15,326 nt of DNA from NCBI GenBank assembly GCA_001742785.1, contig MCBF01000001.1:15305-30630 (forward strand), given 5' to 3'. Source of the stretch: Candidatus Altiarchaeales archaeon IMC4. GTDB lineage: Archaea; Altiarchaeota; Altiarchaeia; IMC4. Positions 6,858-15,326 of this stretch are shown here, in pieces. The position numbers were made by a program, and so were the translations under genes. The stretch's first letter is position 1, and every line of letters begins with the position of its first letter. The notes beneath the pieces are model-generated. The model did not search any database. It saw only the letters and a program-made list of their open reading frames with translations, and was not told the origin of the DNA.

Positions 6858-8221
6858 TTTCCATTCGCCCCCTTTTCTTTGATTTCCCAATGTCCTGCCT
6901 TGCTTGAACCCCTCCAGGATACAACCCCTTCACCTTTCAGTTTTTTTAAGTGATACTTCACGCCATCCACAGTGATGCCGAGTTCCCCCGCAAGCCATTC
7001 CTTTGTTGTTCGTGGATTTTTCTTGATGAGCATTAACAGTAACTCATCCGTTTTGGGGGTAGTTTGGGGGGTAGTTTGGGGGGTAGTTTTCCCCGAAGTT
7101 TTCTGTTCACTCCTGTAAAACACGATGACAAACCCGCTTTTGCGTTTTTTGAACTCGAACCTGACACCTTCCTCCTCGCACGCATCACTTATACGTTTCA
7201 GCCCGGATGCCCATTTTTCTATGTCGTCGCTCAGGTATAAGGCATTTGCAATCAGCGGATTCCTCAAAATCGACTCGTCCTCTTCCCCTTTGATGAAATC
7301 ATCCGGCTCGTATCCTTCTGGAAACTGCCCCGGATTGTATATCTCGACCCTGTCTTTGAAAACGGCTATTTTATTCGTATTCGGGTTCGCGTAGTCCCTG
7401 TGGCATAACGAATTTACGAGCGCTTCGGTTATCGCCCTGATCGGTATTTCGGGAATTTCCTTTCTCCCTTCGAATCCAAGTTCGGCTCTCCAGTTAATGC
7501 GTTCTTTGAGATATGTTTTTGACTGTTCCAGCAGGCTGAACAGGTTGCCATTGAACTGCCTGATGTCGAGAAAAGTGAGCTTGTCCGTGCCCGCGAAAAC
7601 CGCCGCCTGAACCTCAAACGGGTTGTCGTCGCAGAATAATACCTCAGCGGCGTTCAATAATTTGCCGTCCTTAATGAGGTTGAGTTTCCTGAGCGTCGGT
7701 TCTACCCCCGAAAATTTGAAATTGATCCTCTTTGCACGGTTCGCCTTTTCCATGAATTCCTTCACGGCGCCTTCGTTCACGTCTTCAAGTTTCCTGTCGG
7801 AAAATTCCTTCTCCCAGAATGTCCGGTTCTTTTCGAGGATCAGCCGCTCCAGTTCCTTTGCGCTCATCTGCCGGTCCTCGTCCCCGATGCGAACATACGC
7901 CCTGCCGTAAGCGAAATACGGGCGCAGAACGCCCTCGAATTCAACCGAAATGCACTTTTTGCCGCCGAGTTCCTTTTCAACGACTTCGGGGAATATTTTC
8001 GGTTCGATGTGGTCCGATATCGATTTTGAAATGTCGCGCAACGTTTTCTCGCCGATTTCCTGCCCGACGACTTCGCCGTTGCCCTTCACTCCGAAATACA
8101 ATTCTCCCTTCTGGTGTTTGTTTAAAATCGAAGCTATCGAGACTATCGCCTCCTTTAATTCCGATGTTGATTTCTTCAGTTCGATGGTTTCGGTTTCCTT
8201 TAAGTTCGTTTTAGGTTTCAT
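6854..8221 (-). CDS. AlbA_2 (Schlafen-like) domain + RecG-C-like/HATPase_c_4 domain + C-terminal HTH protein
   Basis: N-terminal ETETIELKKS...N..KGELYFGV; central EALVNSLCHRDY, DRVEIYNPG, RNPLIA, IEKWASG; C-terminal wHTH ending GHWEI. Confidence 0.85.
   Translation of the reverse strand: MKPKTNLKETETIELKKSTSELKEAIVSIASILNKHQKGELYFGVKGNGEVVGQEIGEKTLRDISKSISDHIEPKIFPEVVEKELGGKKCISVEFEGVLRPYFAYGRAYVRIGDEDRQMSAKELERLILEKNRTFWEKEFSDRKLEDVNEGAVKEFMEKANRAKRINFKFSGVEPTLRKLNLIKDGKLLNAAEVLFCDDNPFEVQAAVFAGTDKLTFLDIRQFNGNLFSLLEQSKTYLKERINWRAELGFEGRKEIPEIPIRAITEALVNSLCHRDYANPNTNKIAVFKDRVEIYNPGQFPEGYEPDDFIKGEEDESILRNPLIANALYLSDDIEKWASGLKRISDACEEEGVRFEFKKRKSGFVIVFYRSEQKTSGKTTPQTTPQTTPKTDELLLMLIKKNPRTTKEWLAGELGITVDGVKYHLKKLKGEGVVSWRGSSKAGHWEIKEKGANGK
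7052..7089 (-). repeat. In-frame 12-bp tandem repeat (x3) encoding TTPQ-TTPQ-TTPK
   Basis: Plus strand shows near-perfect repeats of TTTGGGGGGTAG. Confidence 0.85.
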
Positions 8222-8291
8222 TGTTCCTGAAGCATATACCTTATTGGCACCTCGTTATTAATCTTGATTTTAATTCAAATAATAACCACCA

Positions 8292-9560
8292 ATGGAAAAA
8301 CTATTCGGCACTTCTGGAATCCGGCGGCTTGCGGCAGAGCTTACCGACGAGTTCGCCATGAACATTGGAAAATCCGCAGGAACCTATGCAAAAGGTACGA
8401 CTATCGCGGTTGCGATGGACCCTCGCGAATCATCCGAAAGGCTGAAAAAATCGTTGGTCGCCGGGATAAATTCTGCCGGAAAAAACGTCGTCGATCTGGG
8501 CATCGCCCCGACGCCGACCCTCGGGATGGCGGCGCAGGATTACGGGACGGGTATCATGATAACCGCCTCCCACAACCCGCCCCAGTACAACGGATTCAAG
8601 TTCTGGAGCGCAAATGGGGCATATCGGCCCGAAGAAGAGCGGGCAATCGAGGGGCTGTTTTATTCCAAGGGTTTCGCAACCGGTGCGGGAACCACCTCAA
8701 ATAAGGACTACACACAAAAACACATATCTCGCATAATCAGGCACACCGGCAGGGTAAAGCCCGTGAAGGTCCTGCTTGACTGCGCAAACGGCGCGGGCGC
8801 TGTTTTGACACCCGACCTCCTTGATAAGATGGGCGCGAATGCCGTGTCGCTGAACACCGAGGTATGCGGAGTATTTGCGCACGGCCTTGAGCCGACGCAA
8901 AAAAATCTCGAAGACGTCTGCAGAATCGTAAAAGAGAACGGGGCGGACATCGGGCTTGCCCACGACGGGGACGCAGACCGCACGGCAGGGATAAGCCGCG
9001 ACGGGAAACTGATCGACTGGGACGATTTCCTGAGTGTTTTGGCTTACGGGAAGAAAAGGGTCGTAACGACTGTGGATGCCTCGATGAGGATAGAAGACGT
9101 CTGCGGCGAGGTCATACGCGTTGCGGTCGGCGACGTCGCGGTGGCGAACAAGATATCGGAGGTCGGCGCGGACTTCGGCGGGGAGCCCTCCGGCTCGTAC
9201 ATCTTCCCGAATGTCCACAACTTCCCGGACGGCCCGCTGACTGCAGGGGTGGTCGTCAGGATGGTTTCAGACGGCACATTCTACGAAACGCTTGAAAAGA
9301 TCCCGAAGTACCCGATGGAGCGCGTGAAAATCCCATGCGCGGATTCCAAAAAGATGGCGGTGATGGAATACGTAAAAAAGAACGCGCAGGACTACAGCGA
9401 CATAGACGGGGTGCGAATCGCAAGCGATGATGGTTGGGTGCTGATACGCCCATCCGGAACCGAGCCATTCATGAGAGTAACTGCCGAGGGCAAAAACAAG
9501 GCGGCGCTCAAAAAGTTCGTCGATTTCGGGGAAAAACTGATAAAGGAGGGGATGGATTAG
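8292..9560 (+). CDS. Alpha-D-phosphohexomutase (phosphoglucosamine mutase / PMM-PGM family)
   Basis: LFGTSGIR, ITASHNP, DGDADR, GEPSG and IRPSGTEP motifs; 422 aa. Confidence 0.92.
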   Translation: MEKLFGTSGIRRLAAELTDEFAMNIGKSAGTYAKGTTIAVAMDPRESSERLKKSLVAGINSAGKNVVDLGIAPTPTLGMAAQDYGTGIMITASHNPPQYNGFKFWSANGAYRPEEERAIEGLFYSKGFATGAGTTSNKDYTQKHISRIIRHTGRVKPVKVLLDCANGAGAVLTPDLLDKMGANAVSLNTEVCGVFAHGLEPTQKNLEDVCRIVKENGADIGLAHDGDADRTAGISRDGKLIDWDDFLSVLAYGKKRVVTTVDASMRIEDVCGEVIRVAVGDVAVANKISEVGADFGGEPSGSYIFPNVHNFPDGPLTAGVVVRMVSDGTFYETLEKIPKYPMERVKIPCADSKKMAVMEYVKKNAQDYSDIDGVRIASDDGWVLIRPSGTEPFMRVTAEGKNKAALKKFVDFGEKLIKEGMD

Positions 9561-9603
9561 GGTTGGGAGATTTGGGGTGAAAAAATAAGATTGGATTCTA
9601 AAA

Positions 9604-10188
9604 TTAATCAAAACTAAAATTTGCAGGCAAATACGGCCTTAATTTTATTGGCATAATATCGTCTAAATGTTCAATATCCTTGTCGGTTAATTCAATTATA
9701 TTCTTTTTGTATTTTTTATAGAAACTTTTCTTTATCTCCTTTCGTCTAATGTACTTTTCTTCATCCAACCCCCAAAATTCAATCCAAACTTTCTGCCCAA
9801 TTGGGATAAAAAAATCACAATAAACTTCCTCTTCAATCGGAACTCGTCTTTCATACGCATGGACTATACCTTTATGATATAACCAATTATCTATTATTTG
9901 TTCTGCTCTTGATCTTACGATATGTCCATCTTCAGTTCTTAGTTTTGCCGGAAATTTTTTTCTGAAATCACTCTCATCTAATTCGCTTTCAGATGGTTGA
10001 TAGTTTTCTGATTTCTTTTCTTCATCTTTCTTCTGTTTTAACCAACAATCCTTGCAAAGCGGCAAAGTATCTTTCTTCCATTTTCCGCACTCTTGGCATT
10101 TAGTAACTTTTCCTTCATCTCTAAGTTTAAAACATTCCCTGCAAAGGGGATAAAATCCTGATTTTTCACCGCAAATTTGACAAACCAT
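9604..10188 (-). CDS. Hypothetical protein: N-terminal four CxxC (zinc ribbons) plus a putative PD-(D/E)xK-like nuclease domain
   Basis: CQIC, CREC, CQEC, CKDC; C-terminal GHIVRSRAEQIIDNWL...YE...CDF...IEFWG pattern; visibly AT-rich compared with flanking genes. Confidence 0.65.
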   Translation of the reverse strand: MVCQICGEKSGFYPLCRECFKLRDEGKVTKCQECGKWKKDTLPLCKDCWLKQKKDEEKKSENYQPSESELDESDFRKKFPAKLRTEDGHIVRSRAEQIIDNWLYHKGIVHAYERRVPIEEEVYCDFFIPIGQKVWIEFWGLDEEKYIRRKEIKKSFYKKYKKNIIELTDKDIEHLDDIMPIKLRPYLPANFSFD

Positions 10189-10310
10189 TGTTAAGTATCC
10201 AATTTTATAATTAATAAGGAATTAGATGTTCTTGGCTAATACCCACCAAAACATAATCCTTAGCCATTCTTTACTATAAAATACCTCACCTAATTCAAAC
10301 GGAATTTTTA

Positions 10311-10383
10311 ATCGTAATATAAAGTATAATGAACTATACTTTATATGCGACACAAAAATTCAAAACATTGAATTTTTCTTGTA
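10311..10383 (-). repeat. Double-hairpin element, copy D, just upstream of tRNA-Pro
   Basis: Reverse complement: TACAAG-AAAAATTCAA-TGTT-TTGAATTTTT-GTGTCGC-ATATAAAGTATA-GTTCAT-TATACTTTATAT-TACGAT; shares TACAAGAAAAATT...AATTTTTGTGTC and AAAGT/ACTTT with copy A. Confidence 0.85.
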
Positions 10384-10417
10384 ATATATTCGAAATAGTA
10401 TTTATCACTTTCCAAAA

Positions 10418-10492
10418 GGGACCGTAGGGTAGCTTGGCCCATCCTTCTAGCTTTGGGAGCTAGAGACCTGTGTTCAAATCACGGCGGTCCCA
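10418..10492 (+). tRNA. tRNA-Pro (anticodon TGG), intronless, CCA not encoded
   Basis: Acceptor stem GGGACCG/CGGTCCC-A; D-arm GGGT/ATCC with G15; anticodon arm CTAGC-TT TGG GA-GCTAG; T-loop TTCAAAT. Confidence 0.95.
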
Positions 10493-10540
10493 AAATCGGT
10501 CTTCGGTCTTCGAGTCTTCCGAAAACCCGAATACAGAAAA

Positions 10541-10813
10541 ATGACAACGATAGAAACGATAGTGGTTTATGCCATCGCAGGCATAATTACGATTGGTTTA
10601 CTTTGGGGTGCGTGGAAACTGCTCAAGATGATCATCAAGAACGGCAGCCTCCTGGTCTTAAACGGCATAATCGGCGTTGCCCTGCTTTTCGTGCTGGTAA
10701 ACTTTTTCGATGTCGGCATCCCGATAAACGCGGCAACGGTTCTGGTGTCTGCGGTATTCGGTGTATTCGGCGTGGGCAGCCTCTTTGTTTTGCACCGGTT
10801 TGATATTCTCTAA
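10541..10813 (+). CDS. BofA-family (pro-sigmaK processing inhibitor-like) small membrane protein
   Basis: 90 aa, hydrophobic, with N.IIG...L...N.F...IPIN..T.LV....G..GV pattern. Confidence 0.7.
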   Translation: MTTIETIVVYAIAGIITIGLLWGAWKLLKMIIKNGSLLVLNGIIGVALLFVLVNFFDVGIPINAATVLVSAVFGVFGVGSLFVLHRFDIL

Positions 10814-11484
10814 TTGCCTTTTCCGCCGTTCCCGCTGCCATCTATCTTAGAAATAACCTCTTTTACGGCGCTGGTCTTTGTGATTATTGTCAGAAGGTCT
10901 TCGTTATGCAGGATTTCATCGCCACACCCTATCAGGATTTCTCCGTGTCTGTATATGCCCGCGATCAGCGCATCCTTCGGCAGCCCGATGTCCTTTATCT
11001 TCCTGCCGTTTATCTTGTCGTTGGCTACCTTCATCTCAATGATCTCCGCGGCGCCGTTTGCAATCGACAGGATGCTGCGGCGGCTTCCCTGCGTAAGCGC
11101 GTTTTTGAAATAGCTCACAAGCGCGGTTATCGGGCTTATCGCGGCGGTTATGCCAAGCCCTATGTACAAGTCCTTTTTAGCCGGGTCGTTCGCCCTTGCA
11201 ACTATCCGCCCCACGTTAAACTTCTTCGCAATCTGGCATATTGTGAGGTTCGTGTTGTCTTCGTGCGTTAAAACCGCGATCGCATCCGCGTGGTCTATGC
11301 CTGCGTCGTTTAGAATCCCTGTGCTGCTTCCGTCGCCGTGGATCACAAGAGCGTCTATGTTCTCCGCCAGGTATTTGGAGCGCTCTTCGTCTGACTCAAC
11401 TATGACGACTTCGTTCCCCTCGCCTATGAGGTGGTTCGCCAGGGTCTCCCCCGTAACACCGCCGCCAATCAATATAATATACAT
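10810..11484 (-). CDS. trkA: TrkA/KtrA-family potassium uptake regulatory subunit (RCK_N + RCK_C)
   Basis: MYIILIGGGVTG Rossmann motif, VIHGDGS, AGIDHADA, TH.DNTNL, C-terminal TrkA_C domain; ATG 11484 with upstream GGTGG. Confidence 0.9.
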   Translation of the reverse strand: MYIILIGGGVTGETLANHLIGEGNEVVIVESDEERSKYLAENIDALVIHGDGSSTGILNDAGIDHADAIAVLTHEDNTNLTICQIAKKFNVGRIVARANDPAKKDLYIGLGITAAISPITALVSYFKNALTQGSRRSILSIANGAAEIIEMKVANDKINGRKIKDIGLPKDALIAGIYRHGEILIGCGDEILHNEDLLTIITKTSAVKEVISKIDGSGNGGKGN

Positions 11485-11562
11485 ACCAGCCACCAGTTAG
11501 TACTCCGTTGGTGCCATTGAGTCGATGATGACACAACCTCGGCCGGAGTTTGTAATTTGGAT

Positions 11563-11617
11563 AACACGCGTTTGCCAACGGCAAACGGTGTCCCGTGCGG
11601 CAAAGCCGCACGAGGAT
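11563..11617 (+). repeat. Double-hairpin element, copy E (GC-rich arms), upstream of trkA
   Basis: CGTTTGCC-AAC-GGCAAACG (11569-11587), linker GTGTCC, CGTGCGGC-AAA-GCCGCACG (11594-11612), AGGAT; GGAT repeated at 11559-11562 and 11614-11617. Confidence 0.8.
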
Positions 11618-11717
11618 TACAATGCCACAAAAATTCCAAAAAGGAATCTCAACCCCAGCCGTGTTCTAATTAATCTGAATGGTTCTTTAAAAATAAGAGA
11701 TATTAATATTATAGCCC

Positions 11718-12485
11718 TCAGCCGGCATACGCCCTCAGGATGTCTACCATATCCACTATGCCCCTAAGCTCGTTCTTGTCGTTCACAACGGGTACGCGGA
11801 TTATGCCTCTTTCGACCATGGTCTTTGCGACATCCTTCGTGGACATATCCTCGGTTATCGTGGTTATCGTTGGCGACATGACACTGCTTACGATCGATGC
11901 GCGGGCTTTTCCGGATTCCATTGAAAGCCTTGCATACCCCCGTTTTATTATGTCCCTGCGGCTTACAAAGCCGATTACCTTTTTCTTTTTCAGGACAGGA
12001 AATCCGCTGAAGCCGCTTGAGAGCATCTTGGACCATACGACGGAAAGCTCCTCCTCGGGCGTGCAGTAAACGATGTCGCGGATCATTATATCGGCGACCT
12101 GCTTCTTTACGGGATTGTAATCGTGCTCAACTAGTTTTCTCAGGACATCTGTTGCCGAAACCATCCCTATAAGAGCTCCGTTTTCAATTACGGGCATCTG
12201 CCTTACCCCGACCTTTGTCATGCGTTTGGCGATCGAGAACAGTTCTTCTTCTGGCGCCAGTACCTCGACGTTCCGCTTCATGACACCCGCTATCGTCAGG
12301 TTCGTCTTTGAAGAGGTAACCCTCAATATGTCGCCGCGCGTTACGATGCCTACAAGTTTGCCGCCTTCGACGACCGGGAGCGCCCTTTTGCCTTCCTTCC
12401 TGACAATAGAGCGGGCCTTTGTAACCAGATAGTCTGGTTTTACGCTTGGCGGGTTCTTTGTAAGGATGTCTTGTGCGGATATCAT
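11718..12485 (-). CDS. CBS-domain protein (four CBS repeats)
   Basis: Repeated CBS motifs LPVV..GKLVGIVTRGD, MPVI...LIGMVSATD, FPVL...VIGFVSRRD, VPVV....LRGIVDMVD; start MISAQD at 12485. Confidence 0.88.
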   Translation of the reverse strand: MISAQDILTKNPPSVKPDYLVTKARSIVRKEGKRALPVVEGGKLVGIVTRGDILRVTSSKTNLTIAGVMKRNVEVLAPEEELFSIAKRMTKVGVRQMPVIENGALIGMVSATDVLRKLVEHDYNPVKKQVADIMIRDIVYCTPEEELSVVWSKMLSSGFSGFPVLKKKKVIGFVSRRDIIKRGYARLSMESGKARASIVSSVMSPTITTITEDMSTKDVAKTMVERGIIRVPVVNDKNELRGIVDMVDILRAYAG

Positions 12486-12495
12486 TTTCCGGAAA

Positions 12496-13035
12496 TTACT
12501 CCTCTTCCGAACAGTCTTCGCAGACCGTGCGCCCGTCAACCGGCTTGAGGTTTTCATTGTAGTTCCCACAGACCTCACATATCCCGGTTACCGCACCGTC
12601 CGCCGAAGAAATGTCCGCTATGTCCCATTTGCTGTGCTCTTCGATAAGCGTGTGAAGCGCCGGCTCGACACGGATCACATCAAAATCCGTAAGTATGCCG
12701 ATGATATTGCCCTTATTCGTAACGACCAGCCTCCTTATGTCCTTGTCGCGCATGATCCTTGCGGCATCGTCTATGTCCGCATCCGGCTTTATGGTGATAA
12801 GCGGGGAGGTCATTATTTGCGAAACCGGGGTTGACTTCGGGTCAATTCGCGCTGCCACTATCTTGCAGATTATGTCGCGCTCGGTTATTATGCCCGCTCC
12901 TTCGCCATTTTTCATGACTATCACCGAGTCTATGTTGCGATTTTTCATGATCTCCGCAGCATTTTGCACGCTGCTTTTCGGATCGACATATATTACGCCC
13001 TTGGTCATTGCATCCCCAACCCTGAGTTCCATCAT
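12496..13035 (-). CDS. CBS-pair protein with C-terminal zinc ribbon
   Basis: GIITERD and RRLVV...IIGILTDFD CBS motifs; C-terminal CEVC...CEDC; start MMELRV at 13035 with upstream AGAGGT. Confidence 0.88.
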   Translation of the reverse strand: MMELRVGDAMTKGVIYVDPKSSVQNAAEIMKNRNIDSVIVMKNGEGAGIITERDIICKIVAARIDPKSTPVSQIMTSPLITIKPDADIDDAARIMRDKDIRRLVVTNKGNIIGILTDFDVIRVEPALHTLIEEHSKWDIADISSADGAVTGICEVCGNYNENLKPVDGRTVCEDCSEEE

Positions 13036-13087
13036 TTTGTTTCTACCTCTTTGTTTAATACATTGTAATTCAATATAAAAAACCTGA

Positions 13088-14788
13088 ATGCGCATGACGA
13101 GGAAATTGAGGTTCGAAATAAAGTCAAAGGACGTCGCCGGGCGAATCGGCAAGGTGGAGATAAACGGGAAAACCATCGAGACCCCCGCTATCATGCCGGT
13201 CTACAACCCGAATAGCCCTGTTATCCCCATCGATGAACTGCAAAGGGTTTTCGGCGCCCCCGCCCTGATGACGAACGCCTACATGGCGCTCAAGAACGAG
13301 GAGCTTAAAAAGGAGTACATCGAGAAGGGTATCCACAAGGCGCTCGGTTTCGACGGCATAATCGCAACCGATTCCGGCTCCTACCAACTGATGGTCTACG
13401 GCGGGGTGACCACGACCAACAAATCGATAATAGAATTCCAGGAGAACATCGGCTCGGACATCGGCTCGTTCCTCGACATCCCGACGCTCCCCGATGCCTA
13501 CAAACCGCGGGCAGAGGAGCAGTTAGACATCACGCTCAAGCGGGCGAAGGATGCCCTCGATGCGAAATTTCTTGTCAATGCAGGGGTGCAGGGCGGCAAA
13601 TACTTAGACCTCCGGAAAAAAGCGGCTGGGGAAATCGGGGCGAACTTCGAACTTGTCGCCGTCGGCGGCATAGTGCGCCTGATGGAAGACTACCGGTTTT
13701 CCGAGCTTGCGGACGTAATCGCGGCGGTCAAATCGACGATACCTACAAACCGGCTGGTTCACGCCTTTGGCCTGGGGCACCCGATGGTGTTCGGGCTTGC
13801 CGCCGCCCTCGGGTGCGATTTGTTCGATTCCGCCGCCTACGCGCTTTACGCAAAGGAGGGCAGGTACCTGACCCGCGACGGCACTAAAAGGATTTCCGAA
13901 CTGGAATACCTGCCGTGCAGCTGCCCGGTCTGCTCAAGCCACACCGCGATGGATATGCAAGAAAAAGACCTGGCGATGCACAACCTCTACGTAACCTTCG
14001 AGGAAATCCGAAGGGTGAAGCAGGCGATAAAGGACGGCTCGCTTTGGGAGCTTGTGCAGATAAGGGCAAGAAGCCACCCGAGACTCCTTGCGGCGCTAGA
14101 AAGGATGGTCGAGTACCCGTACCTTGCGGAACTTGACCCGATAACAAAGGGGTCTGCGTTTTTCTGGGGCGGGGGGGAATCCGCAAAGCGGTCGGAGATT
14201 GTGAATGCGAAACGTAGGCTTCTTAATGTCGAATCTGATAATCTCGTGCATATCGCACCTTACGGAGATATTCCTGCAGAATTATCAGACATCTACCCGT
14301 TCAATTCGACCATGATGCCCGAAGAAAACGAGATTTTCGGCACTGCCAGGGATATTGAAAAAATAAAAAAGATAATGGACTACCAGTTCGGCAAAGGCGC
14401 CGGGGATTTGGTCCCGGGCAATGTGAAGATCGTCAGGTCGAAAAAAACGCGCCGCATACGGCGCATCTACTACAAAAACGAACTGATCGCAAGCATCAGG
14501 GCAAGCGACCACATGATTCTTCCGAAGAAATTGCTCCTGGATAAACTGCACAAGAAGTTCGAAAAGCCGCGCCTCAGGGTCGTAATCGACGACGAGGCGG
14601 TGCCGTTTGTGGCGGAGGGCAAAAGCGTATTCTCGAAATTCGTAACCGGGGTAGATACGGATTTGCGGTGCGGCGACTTCGCGCTGATAGTCGATTCGAA
14701 GGACAACATGGTCGCCTCCGGGAGCCTTGTCTTATCCCCGAAAGAGATGCTGGACTTCGACAGGGGGCCTGCCGTGAATGTGCGGTGA
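13088..14788 (+). CDS. tgtA: Archaeal tRNA-guanine(15) transglycosylase (ArcTGT) with C-terminal PUA domain
   Basis: ETPAIMPV, DSGSYQ, HAFGLGHP, DLFDSA, zinc CSCPVC...HNL, PUA segment GKSVFSKFV...G.AVNVR. Confidence 0.95.
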   Translation: MRMTRKLRFEIKSKDVAGRIGKVEINGKTIETPAIMPVYNPNSPVIPIDELQRVFGAPALMTNAYMALKNEELKKEYIEKGIHKALGFDGIIATDSGSYQLMVYGGVTTTNKSIIEFQENIGSDIGSFLDIPTLPDAYKPRAEEQLDITLKRAKDALDAKFLVNAGVQGGKYLDLRKKAAGEIGANFELVAVGGIVRLMEDYRFSELADVIAAVKSTIPTNRLVHAFGLGHPMVFGLAAALGCDLFDSAAYALYAKEGRYLTRDGTKRISELEYLPCSCPVCSSHTAMDMQEKDLAMHNLYVTFEEIRRVKQAIKDGSLWELVQIRARSHPRLLAALERMVEYPYLAELDPITKGSAFFWGGGESAKRSEIVNAKRRLLNVESDNLVHIAPYGDIPAELSDIYPFNSTMMPEENEIFGTARDIEKIKKIMDYQFGKGAGDLVPGNVKIVRSKKTRRIRRIYYKNELIASIRASDHMILPKKLLLDKLHKKFEKPRLRVVIDDEAVPFVAEGKSVFSKFVTGVDTDLRCGDFALIVDSKDNMVASGSLVLSPKEMLDFDRGPAVNVR

Positions 14789-14864
14789 TTGCCTTTTGGC
14801 AATACCAGCTGCCTTTATTTATGCCTAAGAACAATACCATATTATGACAAACTATCATGTGACA

Positions 14865-15326
14865 ATGTTGGGTAAAAAAATAGGACTGACTTTGAGCATA
14901 TCCCTACTGTTTTTATTACTATCATTACCTGTATGCGCCGACGACAATAAACAGTATATTCTATTTGCCCACGGCATGGGGGCGGATAAAAGCGATTGGG
15001 ATATGTTCGCGGATTATGCAGGGCATAGTCATCACACTGTCTTTCGCACGGATGTCTCCCGGTGCGGTTCGGTAGCCGATAGGGCGCAGACCCTTGCGAA
15101 ATATATCAATACTCTAGATGTCCCGGACAATAGCATTAAAGCAGTGGGCCACAGCATGGGTGGAATAGATTTACGATACATAGTTGGGGAAGCGCATGCC
15201 GGACACGAGCCCTTTTTATCGGCCGCCAAGAAAATTAAAGAAGTATATACTATTGGAAGCCCGCACGGCGGCTCTTTTGCATTGGAACTTGCAACCACCC
15301 AAGTATGTATCTTACGAGTCAATGGC
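14865..15326 (+). CDS. Secreted alpha/beta hydrolase (lipase/esterase-like), running off the window end
   Basis: Manual translation: signal-peptide-like MLGKKIGLTLSISLLFLLLSLPVCA, then FAHGMG, nucleophile elbow VGHSMGG and TIGSPHGGS; no stop before 15326. Confidence 0.85.
   Translation, partial: MLGKKIGLTLSISLLFLLLSLPVCADDNKQYILFAHGMGADKSDWDMFADYAGHSHHTVFRTDVSRCGSVADRAQTLAKYINTLDVPDNSIKAVGHSMGGIDLRYIVGEAHAGHEPFLSAAKKIKEVYTIGSPHGGSFALELATTQVCILRVNG

Noticed and set aside
10496..10530. Short TCTTC(G) repeats and a weak hairpin after tRNA-Pro as an att site
   Set aside because: No second copy of the tRNA 3' end and no integrase in the window.
10453..10803. 116-aa ORF starting inside the tRNA
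   Set aside because: Overlaps tRNA-Pro and the better-supported BofA-like frame.
6..11617. Double hairpins as simple intrinsic terminators
   Set aside because: They occur inside genes and directly before start codons, lack consistent poly-T tails and share a linker and end motif.
11494..11700. c-di-AMP (ydaO) riboswitch upstream of trkA
   Set aside because: The conserved GCUGAAUCC / GGAACC / GGGGUUAAU / CAGCUAAC segments could not be matched in order.

Overview
Archaeal chromosomal window (archaeal-type tgtA with a PUA domain, tRNA-Pro(TGG) without encoded CCA); the lineage cannot be fixed from sequence alone. It holds mostly housekeeping genes: a GuaD-like deaminase, an ArsB/NhaD-type permease, leuD, a phosphohexomutase, trkA, two CBS proteins and a BofA-like protein. 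It also carries a tnpA-only IS200/IS605 element, an AT-rich nuclease-like gene beside the tRNA and the start of a secreted alpha/beta hydrolase. Two things stand out. (1) A dispersed family of about 55-75 bp double-hairpin elements (at least 5 copies, both strands) shares a scaffold (hairpin - GTGTC(C)-like linker - hairpin - (G)GAT-like end, 3-4 bp flanking direct repeats) while the arm sequences vary. One copy interrupts an otherwise full-length parvulin (ppiC) gene missed by the ORF track, and another lies in the reading frame of a RelE-like toxin gene. (2) Archaeosine genes queC and tgtA co-occur with an apparent single-chain fusion of a RaSEA-like radical SAM domain and the ArcS/DUF5591 motif domain. 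All calls are by eye from motifs; no database searches were run.
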